From contig JBKBWZ010000001.1 in assembly GCA_046314385.1 (NCBI GenBank), positions 7,955-71,954 on the forward strand: 64,000 bases of DNA. Direction: 5' to 3'. The position numbers and the translations under genes were made by a program. This document shows, piece by piece, positions 44,569 to 54,211 of the stretch. The stretch comes from Alphaproteobacteria bacterium (lineage in GTDB: Bacteria; Pseudomonadota; Alphaproteobacteria; Micavibrionales; UBA2020). The notes below the pieces were generated by a model. The model saw only the letters and a list, made by a program, of their open reading frames with translations, searched no databases and was not told where the DNA came from. Numbering within the stretch: the first letter of the stretch is position 1; each line of letters opens with the position of its first letter.

Positions 44569-44918
44569 GAAGAGATCCCCTTTGCGGTTGGTGTCATGTT
44601 AGGTCGTAGGTTATGCGGTGCTGCGCATGAAAACAATAATCTGTGCGGTTTTTGCCGTGCTTTTATAGACGTCTATGAAGGGGCTGCGAATGTTCCATAT
44701 TGCCAGCCTTGCCAGGGCAATATTTTAACGGGAGGGTAAAATGCATGCTGCACATCTGGCGGATTACAACGCAAAAGAGGCTTCCTTGCGCCGCCCTTAT
44801 GCGGGCGGGGGTATGCCGCATCGCATCCTTATCAGCGGGTGGCTATACCTGTTCTTACCACTTTATCAACGGCCACTTGTCCTCATTTACAGGGCTCAAA
44901 CTCTTTCAAAGGAAAATC

Positions 44919-45428
44919 ATGTCTCAATCAAAAGTCATTACGGCTGTCTTCGATACGCGTGCTGCAGCGGATTCGGCGATTTATAAGCTTGAACACGCGG
45001 GCTACAGCGAAAAAGAAATTACCCTGCTTATTTCTGAAGATACGCGCGGCAAGCATTTCGGTATCGAAACAGGCTCCAAAGCCGGTGACGGTGCGGCAAC
45101 AGGCGCAGCAATTGGCGGCCTTACTGGCGCAATTGGTCTGGCGCTGGCCTCTGCGGGTACGTTGCTTATTCCGGGTTTGAACCTGGTTGTTTCCGGCGTG
45201 TTGATCGGCGGTCTTGTCGGTCTGGGCGCAGGTGCGGCAACGGGCGGACTGATCGGCGCGCTGATTGGCCAAGGTATTCCTGAGCATGAAGCCAAGCTGT
45301 ATGAAGAGGCTGTCCGCAAGGGCGGTATTCTTATCGCCGTTGAATCGAAAGACGATGCCGGTACGCAGAGAGTCAAAGACATCCTCAGCGGTGCTGACGC
45401 AAAAGATGTGATGTCCCGCGCCGCTTGA
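44919..45428 (+). CDS. general stress protein (YflT/GSP17M-like N-domain, glycine-zipper middle)
   Basis: The start is taken at MSQSKVITAVF, because the N-terminal extension to 44700 looks non-coding. The middle is a Gly-zipper (GAATGAAIGGLTGAIGLALASAG). The C-terminal block is PEHEAKLYEEAVRKGGILIAV. Confidence 0.6.
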   Translation: MSQSKVITAVFDTRAAADSAIYKLEHAGYSEKEITLLISEDTRGKHFGIETGSKAGDGAATGAAIGGLTGAIGLALASAGTLLIPGLNLVVSGVLIGGLVGLGAGAATGGLIGALIGQGIPEHEAKLYEEAVRKGGILIAVESKDDAGTQRVKDILSGADAKDVMSRAA

Positions 45429-45456
45429 TCAAGTAAACAAAAAAGGAAAATAAACG

Positions 45457-45903
45457 ATGAAAAATAAAATCATGATGCTGGCGCTGGCGGCCACGGTTTC
45501 TCTGGGTGCTTGCGCTGCGCCACAGGGCAGCAACACGCAGAACCGCGAATACAGGCATAGCGAGACAGAAGCCCAGCAAAACAACAAATATTACACAGAT
45601 AACGCGCGTTACTATAAACATGACAACAGAGACACCAGAAATGAAACCTACGTGATCCGTGGCGAAGATCTGACACGCGAGGATGTGCGTAAAGTACAGA
45701 GGTCGCTTGCCAGAGAAGGGTTTTACCGCGGCAAGATTGACGGTATCTGGGGTCGCAGCACTTCGCAGGCCATACTGGATTACCAAACCGTACGCTATCC
45801 CGGCCGCACAGGTATGACGATCCATACGCTGCAGGAATTCGGCGTCAGCGTCGATCATGACTATAACAACAGACACCATCGCCAAAAGTACAATAACCGC
45901 TGA
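45457..45903 (+). CDS. lipoprotein with peptidoglycan-binding-like domain
   Basis: The lipobox is SLGAC. The PGB-like block is VRKVQRSLAREGFYRGKIDGIWGRSTSQAILDYQ. Confidence 0.65.
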   Translation: MKNKIMMLALAATVSLGACAAPQGSNTQNREYRHSETEAQQNNKYYTDNARYYKHDNRDTRNETYVIRGEDLTREDVRKVQRSLAREGFYRGKIDGIWGRSTSQAILDYQTVRYPGRTGMTIHTLQEFGVSVDHDYNNRHHRQKYNNR

Positions 45904-45925
45904 TACTGAAACAAAGGAATGCCCC

Positions 45926-46096
45926 ATGCATAAAGACCGCATCAAAGGTTCTGCCAAGCAAGTGGCCGGAACAATCAAAGAAACTGCCGGAAAGCTGACA
46001 GGCGATGCCAAGCTGAAAGCCGAAGGCCAAGCCCAGAAGCTCGAAGGCAAACTTCAAAACGCCCTTGGGGGTCTGAAGGATACCGCTAAAAAATAA
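45926..46096 (+). CDS. CsbD-family stress-response protein
   Basis: 56 aa. KDRIKGSAKQVAGTIKETAGKLTGDAKLKAEGQAQKLEGK is the classic CsbD repeat. An AAGGAA RBS lies upstream. Confidence 0.8.
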   Translation: MHKDRIKGSAKQVAGTIKETAGKLTGDAKLKAEGQAQKLEGKLQNALGGLKDTAKK

Positions 46097-46115
46097 CCGC
46101 TACACACAAGAAAAA

Positions 46116-46144
46116 GTCCGGCGCCTTTCAGGGTGCCGGACTTT
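46116..46144 (+). terminator. hairpin terminator candidate
   Basis: GTCCGGC-N12-GCCGGAC followed by TTT. The T-tract is short. Confidence 0.4.
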
Positions 46145-46171
46145 CCAATGATTTTTTTTTAGGAGAGTGAA

Positions 46172-46732
46172 ATGTCAAATATTCGTATGTTTTTTCTAAC
46201 CCTTATGCTTGTTATGGCGTCGTTCATCCATATGGGGGTGACGCATCAGGCTCAGGCGGCTACGGCGGAGGAACTGGATAAAGATTCTGCCCAGGCCTTG
46301 CAAAACCTTTACAAAGCCAATCCGCTGGCGAAAAAGCTTTCCGGCAGTGCCAAAGCTGTCCTTATCTTTCCGAATATCGTCAAGGCCGGTCTTGTTTTTG
46401 GCGCCAGCTATGGCGAAGGCCAGCTGATCAAAGACGGAAAAGTAGAAGACTATTATAATTCCGTTGGCGGCTCATGGGGGTTGCAGGCGGGTGCGCAATC
46501 TTACGCATACGCTGTATTTCTGATGACAGACAAAGCGCTGGAAACGCTGTATGAGTCTCAGGGCTGGGAAATTGGTGTCGGTCCGACTGTTGTATTGGTT
46601 GATGAAGGCGTCGCCAAGAACCTGTCCAGCTCGACACTGCAAGATGATGCCTATGCCTTTATCTTTGGCCAGCAAGGCCTGATGGCAGGGCTGAGCCTTG
46701 AAGGAACCAAGGTTTCCAAAGTCAGACGCTAA
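46172..46732 (+). CDS. exported SYLF (YSC84/DUF500) lipid-binding domain protein
   Basis: 186 aa with a signal peptide. The blocks are AVLIFPNIVKAGLVFGASYGEG and GGSWGLQAGAQ. An AGGAGAG RBS lies upstream. Confidence 0.75.
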   Translation: MSNIRMFFLTLMLVMASFIHMGVTHQAQAATAEELDKDSAQALQNLYKANPLAKKLSGSAKAVLIFPNIVKAGLVFGASYGEGQLIKDGKVEDYYNSVGGSWGLQAGAQSYAYAVFLMTDKALETLYESQGWEIGVGPTVVLVDEGVAKNLSSSTLQDDAYAFIFGQQGLMAGLSLEGTKVSKVRR

Positions 46733-46761
46733 TTGTAGATAAATATCTTGCCCAAGCAAAA

Positions 46762-46790
46762 GGCCGCCCGCAGATGCAGGCGGCCTTTTT
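46762..46790. terminator. bidirectional rho-independent terminator
   Basis: GGCCGCC-N10-GGCGGCC is flanked by an A-run upstream and TTTTTG downstream. It lies between convergent genes. Confidence 0.75.
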
Positions 46791-46812
46791 GTTTGTTTCC
46801 GTGCCTGTGCGC

Positions 46813-47637
46813 TTAGGGCTGTTGCGGTTGGGGCGCTTTAGGCTTCGGTTCTTTTTTCGGCGGCGTTACCGGCTCTTCGCGGCGGATGCTGAACAGCGTG
46901 GGCTCGTCAAAGCCCTTCTTCGCGCTTCGGGCCGAACGTCCGAAGACAGCTTTCATTTCGCTGATGCCGCGTCCGGCGGCTTTCAGGAACCGCATAGTAA
47001 GGTCAGGCAGCACGGCGAGACCTTCTCTGGTGGTGCGGGCAAAGGTATGCCAGCGTTCGCTGCGCATTTTCTTGCCTGTGGTGCTGTAAACCGCGCTGCG
47101 CTCTTTGCGTGCGGCTGAAATTTTTTCGCCCAGTTCCTGTTTTTTCGCTTTCATGGCGGCTTTGTGCTCTTGGGCAATTTTGCCGCTTTCGTCTTTCAGC
47201 TCGCGGTTGGCGGTGTAAAGGCTGTTTTCGGAGCGTGCCAGTTTGGCGCGTTCTTCCTGCAGTCTTTTTTCCAGCTCGGCGATCAGCTGTTTTGATGCGC
47301 CGACTTCCTGCGTCAAACCCTCAACCGTTTCGCGGCGGACCTTGATGCGTGCTTCGCCCGCGGCGGTCAGCTGCTTGTCGTGCGCTTCCAGCGTGGGGGT
47401 GTATTTGTCGAGCAGGCCTTTCAGCTGCGTATCGACGACGGCGCGTTCTTCAGCGGTTTGCTGCTTCGCAGCCGTGGTTTTGGCAGCTTCGGCACGGAAA
47501 ATCGATACGGGGCGCGGTCTGTCTTTGAATCCTTTTTCTTCGGCCGGCGGTGTGGCAGCGGCTGTGCCGTTAGAATTGGCGGCGGCTTCGGGTTTTGCGG
47601 CGGTGTCTTTGCTGTTTTTCTTGCCAAACATATTCAT
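46813..47637 (-). CDS. hypothetical coiled-coil protein (Lys/Ala/Glu-rich, Pro/Lys-rich tail)
   Basis: 274-aa ORF with heptad-like charged sequence. No enzymatic motif. Confidence 0.55.
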   Translation of the reverse strand: MNMFGKKNSKDTAAKPEAAANSNGTAAATPPAEEKGFKDRPRPVSIFRAEAAKTTAAKQQTAEERAVVDTQLKGLLDKYTPTLEAHDKQLTAAGEARIKVRRETVEGLTQEVGASKQLIAELEKRLQEERAKLARSENSLYTANRELKDESGKIAQEHKAAMKAKKQELGEKISAARKERSAVYSTTGKKMRSERWHTFARTTREGLAVLPDLTMRFLKAAGRGISEMKAVFGRSARSAKKGFDEPTLFSIRREEPVTPPKKEPKPKAPQPQQP

Positions 47638-47840
47638 GTTCTCCTGCTTTTTGGAAGGGGAGACGATGTGCTGCGCCTCGTGAAATAATACAAAATATCG
47701 AATACCGCCAAAGTGTAGGGAAGGGGGGCAGGCAAGTCAACCTTGCGGAATGCTGTAAAAACAGAGGTTTATCGTCACGCAGCCTGTGCTGAAAACGATA
47801 TCGCTCTATTTTTGCGGCTGATTTTGTACGAAGAAAAAAA

Positions 47841-47915
47841 TGGCTGGGGTGCTAGGGATCGAACCTAGGAATGGCGGTACCAAAAACCGCTGCCTTACCG
47901 CTTGGCTACACCCCA
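47841..47915 (-). tRNA. tRNA-Gln (anticodon UUG)
   Basis: The reverse complement is TGGGGTGTAGCCAAGCGGTAAGGCAGCGGTTTTTGGTACCGCCATTCCTAGGTTCGATCCCTAGCACCCCAGCCA. It folds as a cloverleaf with a 7-bp acceptor stem, anticodon loop TTTTGGT, a GGTTCGATCC T-arm and an encoded CCA. It closely resembles E. coli tRNA-Gln. Confidence 0.92.
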
Positions 47916-48344
47916 ACATGCGCAAAGAAAGACGCGCAACAATCGGGCTTTGGCGTGTATCGGGAGTCTTATGCAGAATCCGGCTCACCAAAGTCGTGAC
48001 ACTCTATAAAAAATTCATGCGCCGCGCAAGAAGTAAGCGCGGGGCGGCGCTCAATTCGTCTGTCGTTTTTATTTTACGTAATTTTTACATAAGGCGAGTA
48101 AAAACAGCTATTTTGGCCGGGCGCTGCGGTATGTGCCGCCGGCGCGGCTATGGTGGCAGCCGCTGCAGATACCCGCGCTCAAGGGGCTTTGGGGTGGACC
48201 CGTCTATCGCCGGTCTGTCAGGCGCGGGGAGAATCTGTTATGGTGTGCACCTTACATAAAGAATGGGCTCCGCGCGCTGAACTGCATTGTCCTTTTGTGC
48301 CGCCGCGCCATAGACCGCCCTTACCGCCGAGGATCGATATCCGC

Positions 48345-49883
48345 ATGACACGTTCGCCGATCGATACGCCCAAAAATGCCCCCGCCGCGCCGCAAAAACC
48401 GGCAGATGCGTTATCACATCAGGAACGCGTCTATTTCGAAATGTTCCGCGCCATCGAACAGCTGGGCCGCAAGCTGGAAAAAGCGGAGGCGGAAAGATTT
48501 ATCCTTGCCCGCCGCCTGTCCGATATCGAAGACAGCGCCGAGCGTGACGAAAACACGGGCCGTCTTTATCTGCCTGCCAAAATAGAATCTGCTGTACCGC
48601 CGCCGCCTTCCGCGGCGCAGCGTTTTGCCTTGCCGGCTGCACTGGCCAGCCTTGTGCTGGCGCTGCTGACGCTGGGGGCTGTCCTGATGCAGGATTTGCC
48701 GCAAAGCACCGCCGTGCAGGCGCCGCGCAGCGCCGCAGCAAGCTTCACGCCGCCGCTGCCGCAGCAGCCGGCAGAGGGCTTGACGCGCATGGGCTGGCAT
48801 AGCCGCATCCCTGCCGAAGAAACGGCGCGCGCCGCACAGGAAATTGTTTCGGCCGAAGCCGCTTTGACGCCGCAGCCGTCTGCACCCTTCGCAGAGCTGT
48901 CACCGGCTGTCGATATGCCCAAGCCTTTGACGCCAGAAAGAGAAACAGAAGCGGCCAAAAACGAAGCATACGATGCAGATGATTTCGACACGCATCTGGC
49001 AGATGCCGATTTTGATGCGCATCTGGCAGATGCGCTGGAAGACCTGACGTCGGAAAGCGATATGGCCTTTTGGGGTGAAGAGACCGCAAGCCCGATCGCG
49101 GCGGAAATGGCCCTCACGGAACCTTCGGCACCGCACAGCGCGCTTGATGAAACGGATGCCGAACTGTTTGCGTCCGGCGCTGCCGCGCAGGTGTCCGCTG
49201 CACCGCCGCCTGCACCCGAAGCGGCCAAACAAGCCGCCGCACCTGCCGAAAAGCCCGCCGCGACTGTATCTGCCGCGCCCTCTCAGGATTTCGCCCCTGC
49301 GCCCCAGACGCCGCTGATGCGTGATGCGCGCCTGCCGCCGCCTTTGGCGGCACTGGAGGCCCGCGCCTTTGACGGCATGCCCGAAGCGCAGCATGATCTT
49401 GCGACGATTTATGCCGAAGGCCGCCGTGTGCGTCAGGATTACGCCCGTGCGCGCGCCTGGTTTGCCCGTGCTGCCGATGCGGGCATTGCCAATGCACATT
49501 ATAATCTGGGCGTGATGTCGCAGCAGGGGCTGGGAATGCCCGCTCATGCTGCCGCCGCGCGCGGCCATTACGAAAGAGCCGCGCAGCTTGGCCATCCCGA
49601 AGCGATGTACAATCTGGGTCTTGTCTATGCCGAAGGCCGCGGCGTGCCGAAAAACACAGTGCGTGCGGCTTCTTATTTCAAACGCGCGGCAAATGCAGGC
49701 ATGGTGCAGGCCGCTTATAATCTCGGCGTGATCTATGAAACGGATGCGCTGGGCAAGCCGGATATCAAAGCCGCAATTGAATGGTACGATGTCGCCGCCG
49801 CCGAGGGCAACCGCGATGCCGCCCTTGCGGTGCGCCGTCTGACGCGTCTGCAGCAGGCCGAAGCAAGTCCTTCGCTGCGCTAG
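48345..49883 (+). CDS. Sel1-repeat (TPR-like) membrane-anchored protein
   Basis: The start is taken at MTRSPIDTP (the ORF opens at 48150). It has an N-terminal coiled coil, one TM helix and an acidic/Ala-Pro linker. Four C-terminal Sel1 repeats are visible (AQHDLATIYAEGRRVRQDYARARAWFARAADAG and similar). Confidence 0.75.
   Translation: MTRSPIDTPKNAPAAPQKPADALSHQERVYFEMFRAIEQLGRKLEKAEAERFILARRLSDIEDSAERDENTGRLYLPAKIESAVPPPPSAAQRFALPAALASLVLALLTLGAVLMQDLPQSTAVQAPRSAAASFTPPLPQQPAEGLTRMGWHSRIPAEETARAAQEIVSAEAALTPQPSAPFAELSPAVDMPKPLTPERETEAAKNEAYDADDFDTHLADADFDAHLADALEDLTSESDMAFWGEETASPIAAEMALTEPSAPHSALDETDAELFASGAAAQVSAAPPPAPEAAKQAAAPAEKPAATVSAAPSQDFAPAPQTPLMRDARLPPPLAALEARAFDGMPEAQHDLATIYAEGRRVRQDYARARAWFARAADAGIANAHYNLGVMSQQGLGMPAHAAAARGHYERAAQLGHPEAMYNLGLVYAEGRGVPKNTVRAASYFKRAANAGMVQAAYNLGVIYETDALGKPDIKAAIEWYDVAAAEGNRDAALAVRRLTRLQQAEASPSLR
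48981..49034 (+). repeat. 27-bp tandem duplication inside the Sel1 gene
   Basis: gatttcgacacgcatctggcagatgcc is followed by gattttgatgcgcatctggcagatgcg. They encode DFDTHLADA / DFDAHLADA. Confidence 0.85.
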
Positions 49884-49904
49884 CCGCGGGCTGCGGGCGC
49901 GTTT

Positions 49905-50819
49905 TTATTCCTTGAAAAGTCCGGTGGCTTTGATCCACCAATGCGGATATTCCAGCCGCAGTTTGTTGACCGCTGCTTGTGCGGCGCCCGCACTGTCGTA
50001 AAGACCAAAGCAGGTGGCGCCGCTGCCCGACAGCCGCGCGATGTGGCAATTCGGTGTGGCCGCAATGGCCGCCAGTGCCGTGCGGATATCGGGGCTGACT
50101 TCGATGGCGGCATCGGTCAGATCGTTGCGGTAAAAGCGAAGATCCGCAATCCATTCCTGCAGGTTTTTGCGCCGGCCGGTGTGCTTGATGGGCGGGCTGT
50201 AGCGTCCGGAAAAACGCCGCGCAAAACGCGCGAATACTTCGGGTGTCGGTGTTTGCACGGGCGGCGTCACCAGCACCAGATGCATTTCCGGCATATCTTG
50301 CATGCGCATCATTTTGTCGCCGACGCCTTCCATCCAGACGGCGCGGCGATAGAGACACGCAGGCACATCTGCGCCCAGCTGCGCGGCCAGCCGCTCCAGC
50401 CGCGCGTTTTCTTCGGACAGACCCCACAGCCTGCAAAGACCGCGCAGCGTGGTGGCGGCATCCGATGACCCGCCGCCCATGCCCGAGGCCACGGGCAGAT
50501 TTTTTTGCAGCGTGATGTGGCCGGTCGGTACATAATCATATTCCTGCGCCAGCGCCTGTGCCGCTTTATAGACCAGATTGCTGCGCAGGTCGCCGACGTC
50601 ATCGGCGAAATAGCCCTGAATATCGATAAAAAGACTGTCATGACGCGAAAAAGTCAGATGATCGCCCGCATCGGCGAAAACAACGATGCTTTGCAAAAGA
50701 TGATAGCCGTCATCGCGCCGCCCCGTCACATGAAGGAACAAATTGACCTTGGCGGGCGCCGCGAGCGAGAAGGTCTTCGCGCTCATGTTGCTCATGTTGT
50801 TCATATTGGTGTGGCGCAT
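49905..50819 (-). CDS. ispE: 4-diphosphocytidyl-2-C-methyl-D-erythritol kinase
   Basis: PAKVNLFLHVTGRRDDGYH and the GHMP-kinase motif PVASGMGGGSSDAA. The start is uncertain (50819, or 50786 at MSAKTF). Confidence 0.85.
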   Translation of the reverse strand: MRHTNMNNMSNMSAKTFSLAAPAKVNLFLHVTGRRDDGYHLLQSIVVFADAGDHLTFSRHDSLFIDIQGYFADDVGDLRSNLVYKAAQALAQEYDYVPTGHITLQKNLPVASGMGGGSSDAATTLRGLCRLWGLSEENARLERLAAQLGADVPACLYRRAVWMEGVGDKMMRMQDMPEMHLVLVTPPVQTPTPEVFARFARRFSGRYSPPIKHTGRRKNLQEWIADLRFYRNDLTDAAIEVSPDIRTALAAIAATPNCHIARLSGSGATCFGLYDSAGAAQAAVNKLRLEYPHWWIKATGLFKE

Positions 50820-50820
50820 G

Positions 50821-51150
50821 TCAGTTCTCTTTATCGTCCTGCGGCACGGCGACACACATTTTTTCGGCGCAGGCTGCGCGCAGCATCTGCGGCTCTTCGA
50901 TCCGTGCGCAGCGGATGCGGAATTTGACGTCATCGTAGTAATGCTGAAGCTCGCCGCGGCGGTCTTTGCGCGCGGCGGCGACGGCGCCGCAGGGCAGCGA
51001 CAGAAGGGTGCAATCGTTATCGGCCGTGCAGGCGCTATAAATCGGCAAGGTCAGATCGGGGTCATCACCGATCGCGGGTGTGCTGTCGTGAACAAGGATG
51101 ATCACGGTTGAAATGATCAGGATAAAAAGAGCCGGCAGGGCGATGCGCAT
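50821..51150 (-). CDS. small exported Cys-rich hypothetical protein
   Basis: The start is taken at MRIALPALFILII (signal/anchor). The mature part has six Cys. It sits between the TPR gene and ispE. Confidence 0.45.
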   Translation of the reverse strand: MRIALPALFILIISTVIILVHDSTPAIGDDPDLTLPIYSACTADNDCTLLSLPCGAVAAARKDRRGELQHYYDDVKFRIRCARIEEPQMLRAACAEKMCVAVPQDDKEN

Positions 51151-51232
51151 GTCAGACACGGATGCTTGTCGTTGATAAAAAATCTCTGCGGCATATCGCC
51201 GCATGTCCGTTATTTATAGCGTATCGCAGGGG

Positions 51233-52981
51233 TTAAAGCGAGGTGTCTTTCTGCACCACAACAGTGGCCGCAGGTTCGATGCCGTTTTTGATCTTGCGAT
51301 CGACGGTGGCGCGGAAATCCGCGTCTTTGCTCAAGCCGCGCGCGTGCTGCCATTTGAAACGCGCTTCGGTTTTGCGCCCGGTCTGCCAATAGGCATCGGC
51401 AAGGTGGTCAAGGATGGTGGAGTCGTCCGGCACCAGCGCGACAGATTTTTCCAGCCAGTAAACCGCCTGTTCCATGTCGCCAAGGCGGTAAAAAGCCCAG
51501 CCGTAGCTGTCCAGAATATAACCGTCATCGGGGCGCAGGGCGACGGCGCGGCGGATAAAATCCATGCCTTTTTGCAGGTTTACGTTTTTATCGACCCATG
51601 TATAGCCGATATAGTTCAGGATCATCGGGTTGTCGGGCTGGAAGGTCAGCGCAAGCAAGAGGTCCTTTTCTGCGCGGTCCCATTCATTCGCGCGCTCCAG
51701 CGACATGCCGCGCGCATAGATCAGCGCCCAATGCGTCTCTGCCGGCTCGCCAATCTCGGCCAGAATTTCATCATAGATGGCGACAGCCTGCGTAAAATCT
51801 TCGCGGCGGCGGTGCATATCGCCAAGCGCGGTCAGCGCCTGCGTCCGTGCCTGCGGCAGGGCGGCAAGGCCGCGCAGCATATCTGCCGCAGCATCCGGCA
51901 GATCGGCACTTTCGTATACTTCGGCGATGCGCAGCCGTGCGAGCAGATAAAGCGGGGAATCTTTTGCAATTTCGCCATAAGCCGCGACCGCTTCGGGATG
52001 GTGTTCGTTGATGGCGGCGATATCGCCGATCATCAGACGGCCAAAAGAAGATTGCGGCGATAAAACCAGTACCAGCCGCGCGTAAATCTGCGCGCTGTCA
52101 AAAGAACGTCGTTCAAACAACATCGTCGCCAGTTCAAACAGCGCAACCCCTGCACCATCGGCAGGGCCGCGGATCATGCTGTGGCGCGGCGCTGGTTTCT
52201 GCGCTGCGGCTTTGCTGTAAAGGCTGCCAAGCCCTTCGTAAAGGCGCTGCGCGGTCGCCGTATCGCCGTGACGTTCAAAAAAATCGGCCAGCAGCAGGGC
52301 ATTGTGCAGTGTCAGGCTGTCTTCAAGCGCAACGGTGTAATGCTTTGCGGCATTCGTCATGTCGCCTTCAATATCGTACATCATGCCCAGATGCAGATTG
52401 TACGTCGGGTCGGTTTCTTCGGAATAGGCGGCCAGATGCGCCACCGCACCTGCACGATCCCCCAGCCCGAACTGCGCCCAGGCGGTCATCAGCGGTTTGG
52501 TGTATTGGCCAAATCCGTCTTCGGGCAATTTGGCGACCAGATCAAGCGCCGATTGGAATTCACCGCGTTTCAGTGCTTCGCTGGCCAGAAAAATCAAGGC
52601 GATATCTGTGCCATTTTGCTGTTCGGTCAGAATACGTTCGGCCAGGCGGCGTGCGGCGGGCAATTCACCGGCCCCGAGCGAAAGCAGAAAGGCGCGGTTG
52701 GTCATCAGCTCGTTGTTTTCGTCAAACTCGACAACGGCATTCATGTAATGCTGTGCGGCTGTCCAGTCTTGCTGGCGCTGCGCAAAACGCGCGGCAAGGT
52801 AATTGCCGGAAAAAGTACTGCCGGTTTGCAAATCAGCGGGCGCAACGGGCGTCAGCGCAAAAAGCGTTTGGTTGATTTCGGTCGTCTGTTCAGAATTGGC
52901 AAGGGCGACCAGCGGGGTGCCGATCAGTGCCAGCGCACAGACCATCGTCAGGGTTTTAAAAGAGCAGAAAAAAGATGTCAT
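51233..52981 (-). CDS. exported tetratricopeptide-repeat (TPR) protein
   Basis: 582 aa with a signal peptide and many TPR-like units (e.g. AVYWLEKSVALVPDDSTILDHLADAYWQTGRKTEA). Confidence 0.85.
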   Translation of the reverse strand: MTSFFCSFKTLTMVCALALIGTPLVALANSEQTTEINQTLFALTPVAPADLQTGSTFSGNYLAARFAQRQQDWTAAQHYMNAVVEFDENNELMTNRAFLLSLGAGELPAARRLAERILTEQQNGTDIALIFLASEALKRGEFQSALDLVAKLPEDGFGQYTKPLMTAWAQFGLGDRAGAVAHLAAYSEETDPTYNLHLGMMYDIEGDMTNAAKHYTVALEDSLTLHNALLLADFFERHGDTATAQRLYEGLGSLYSKAAAQKPAPRHSMIRGPADGAGVALFELATMLFERRSFDSAQIYARLVLVLSPQSSFGRLMIGDIAAINEHHPEAVAAYGEIAKDSPLYLLARLRIAEVYESADLPDAAADMLRGLAALPQARTQALTALGDMHRRREDFTQAVAIYDEILAEIGEPAETHWALIYARGMSLERANEWDRAEKDLLLALTFQPDNPMILNYIGYTWVDKNVNLQKGMDFIRRAVALRPDDGYILDSYGWAFYRLGDMEQAVYWLEKSVALVPDDSTILDHLADAYWQTGRKTEARFKWQHARGLSKDADFRATVDRKIKNGIEPAATVVVQKDTSL

Positions 52982-53342
52982 CCTTCAGCGGGCTTTCTGT
53001 CCTGAATTTTTTTCGTTTCACGTATTCCTTGGCCGCGCCGCCTGCTTGTTAATATGAATGCCTCGCTTCAGCTGCATATTAATGTGCAAATGACAGGGCT
53101 TTTTCCCCTACGTACAGAATCCCATAAAGAGGTTAACAACCCGTCACTATCCGCCGATTATGGTCAGATTTTTTTAAGGGAAAGATGATTGCGTCTGCGC
53201 GCAAGCATGTTGCGCAAATGGCCGCGAAATCGGGAAATTTTCTTGTGTGCAGCGCACAAAAATGAGTTTTTTCTTGCGCTGGCTGTTGTTACAGCGCAAC
53301 ATACCGAATGTTTTGGAAAAGAAGCCAGCGGGACGGACACAG

Positions 53343-54191
53343 ATGCAAAAAAGACTGACCCAGATGTTCAACGCCGCGAGCGAAATGCAGCGGCTGATGA
53401 TTGATGTCATGACCTTTCGCGCGGGCTGGAACAGCGTCAAGGACAAGCTGCCCAAGGGCGACGGCCACCCCGTTCTGGTGCTGCCCGGTTTTTTGACGGA
53501 TGACAGCTATACGGCCACGCTGCGCGCCGCGATCAAAGAGCAGGGCTATGACGTCCATGCCTGGGGCGGCGGTATGAATACGGGCTTTGACGACCGCGCG
53601 GCGAAGCAGCTGCGCGAACAGCTGCACAAAATTTACGAAGAAAGCGGCGGGCAGAAAGTCACGCTGGTCGGCCATAGCCTTGGCGGTATTTTCGCGCGCG
53701 AACTGGCGCGGGAATTCCCCGATCTGGTGCGCGGCGTTGTCACGCTCGGCACTCCGGCGGGCATGGTGGGCAAACCGGGCTCGTCTTCTCCGGCGCTGGA
53801 ACATCTCTATGGGCTGTTCAATCCGAAATCCGAACACGAAAACATTGACCTGCAAGTGCGCGGCGCAACGCCGCCGCCGGTGCCGACGACGGGTATTTAT
53901 TCGAAACTCGACGGCATCGTCTGGTGGGAAAGCTGCCTCAACCCCGCCGGCAAGCAGACGGAGAACATCGAAGTGCGCTCCGGCCACCTCGGCATGATCG
54001 CCAATCTGCCTGCTGTCGTGGCGCTGATGGATCGTCTGTCGCAAAAAGAAGGCGACTGGCGCAAGTTTGATGGCGCCAAATACGGCGCGGAAAAATACCC
54101 CGCTGTCCCCGCCAACGACGACCTGCCGCAAAATCCGGAATGGACGGCGAAAAACGCCAAATCGAAGCCGCTGTTTGGCGGGCCGAGGTAA
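53343..54191 (+). CDS. alpha/beta hydrolase (lipase/esterase-like), paralog B
   Basis: The start is taken at MQKRLTQMF by alignment with paralog A. The nucleophile elbow is GHSLGG. Blocks PGFLTDDSYT, TLGTP, PPPVPTTGIYSKLDG and SGHLGM match the 29790-30710 gene. Confidence 0.8.
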   Translation: MQKRLTQMFNAASEMQRLMIDVMTFRAGWNSVKDKLPKGDGHPVLVLPGFLTDDSYTATLRAAIKEQGYDVHAWGGGMNTGFDDRAAKQLREQLHKIYEESGGQKVTLVGHSLGGIFARELAREFPDLVRGVVTLGTPAGMVGKPGSSSPALEHLYGLFNPKSEHENIDLQVRGATPPPVPTTGIYSKLDGIVWWESCLNPAGKQTENIEVRSGHLGMIANLPAVVALMDRLSQKEGDWRKFDGAKYGAEKYPAVPANDDLPQNPEWTAKNAKSKPLFGGPR

Positions 54192-54211
54192 TTCAAATCT
54201 TTGTAAAAAAA

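Noticed and set aside
44700-44918. N-terminal extensions of the stress-protein ORF. Extensions were also seen for 45857, 48150, 49905..50933, 53247, 57549 and 59681.
   Set aside because: In each case the conserved domain or signal peptide starts at an internal Met with a better RBS, and the upstream part looks non-coding. Exact starts remain uncertain without experimental data.
44569-44918. EcfG-type general stress promoter (GGAAC-N16-17-CGTT) upstream of the stress-protein cluster.
   Set aside because: I searched by eye. The only GGAAC is on the opposite strand and has 20-nt spacing to CGTC, so I make no call.
47638-48344. tRNA-Gln as a genomic-island integration site.
   Set aside because: I found no integrase, no direct repeat of the tRNA 3' end and no mobile-element gene on either side.
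53160-53342. Several short GCGCAA/TTGCGC inverted repeats upstream of hydrolase paralog B, including TTGCGCTG-N10-CAGCGCAA at about 53273-53298.
   Set aside because: They have no flanking U-tract and match no operator I know. They may lie within the alternative N-terminal ORF extension, so they are too ambiguous to call.
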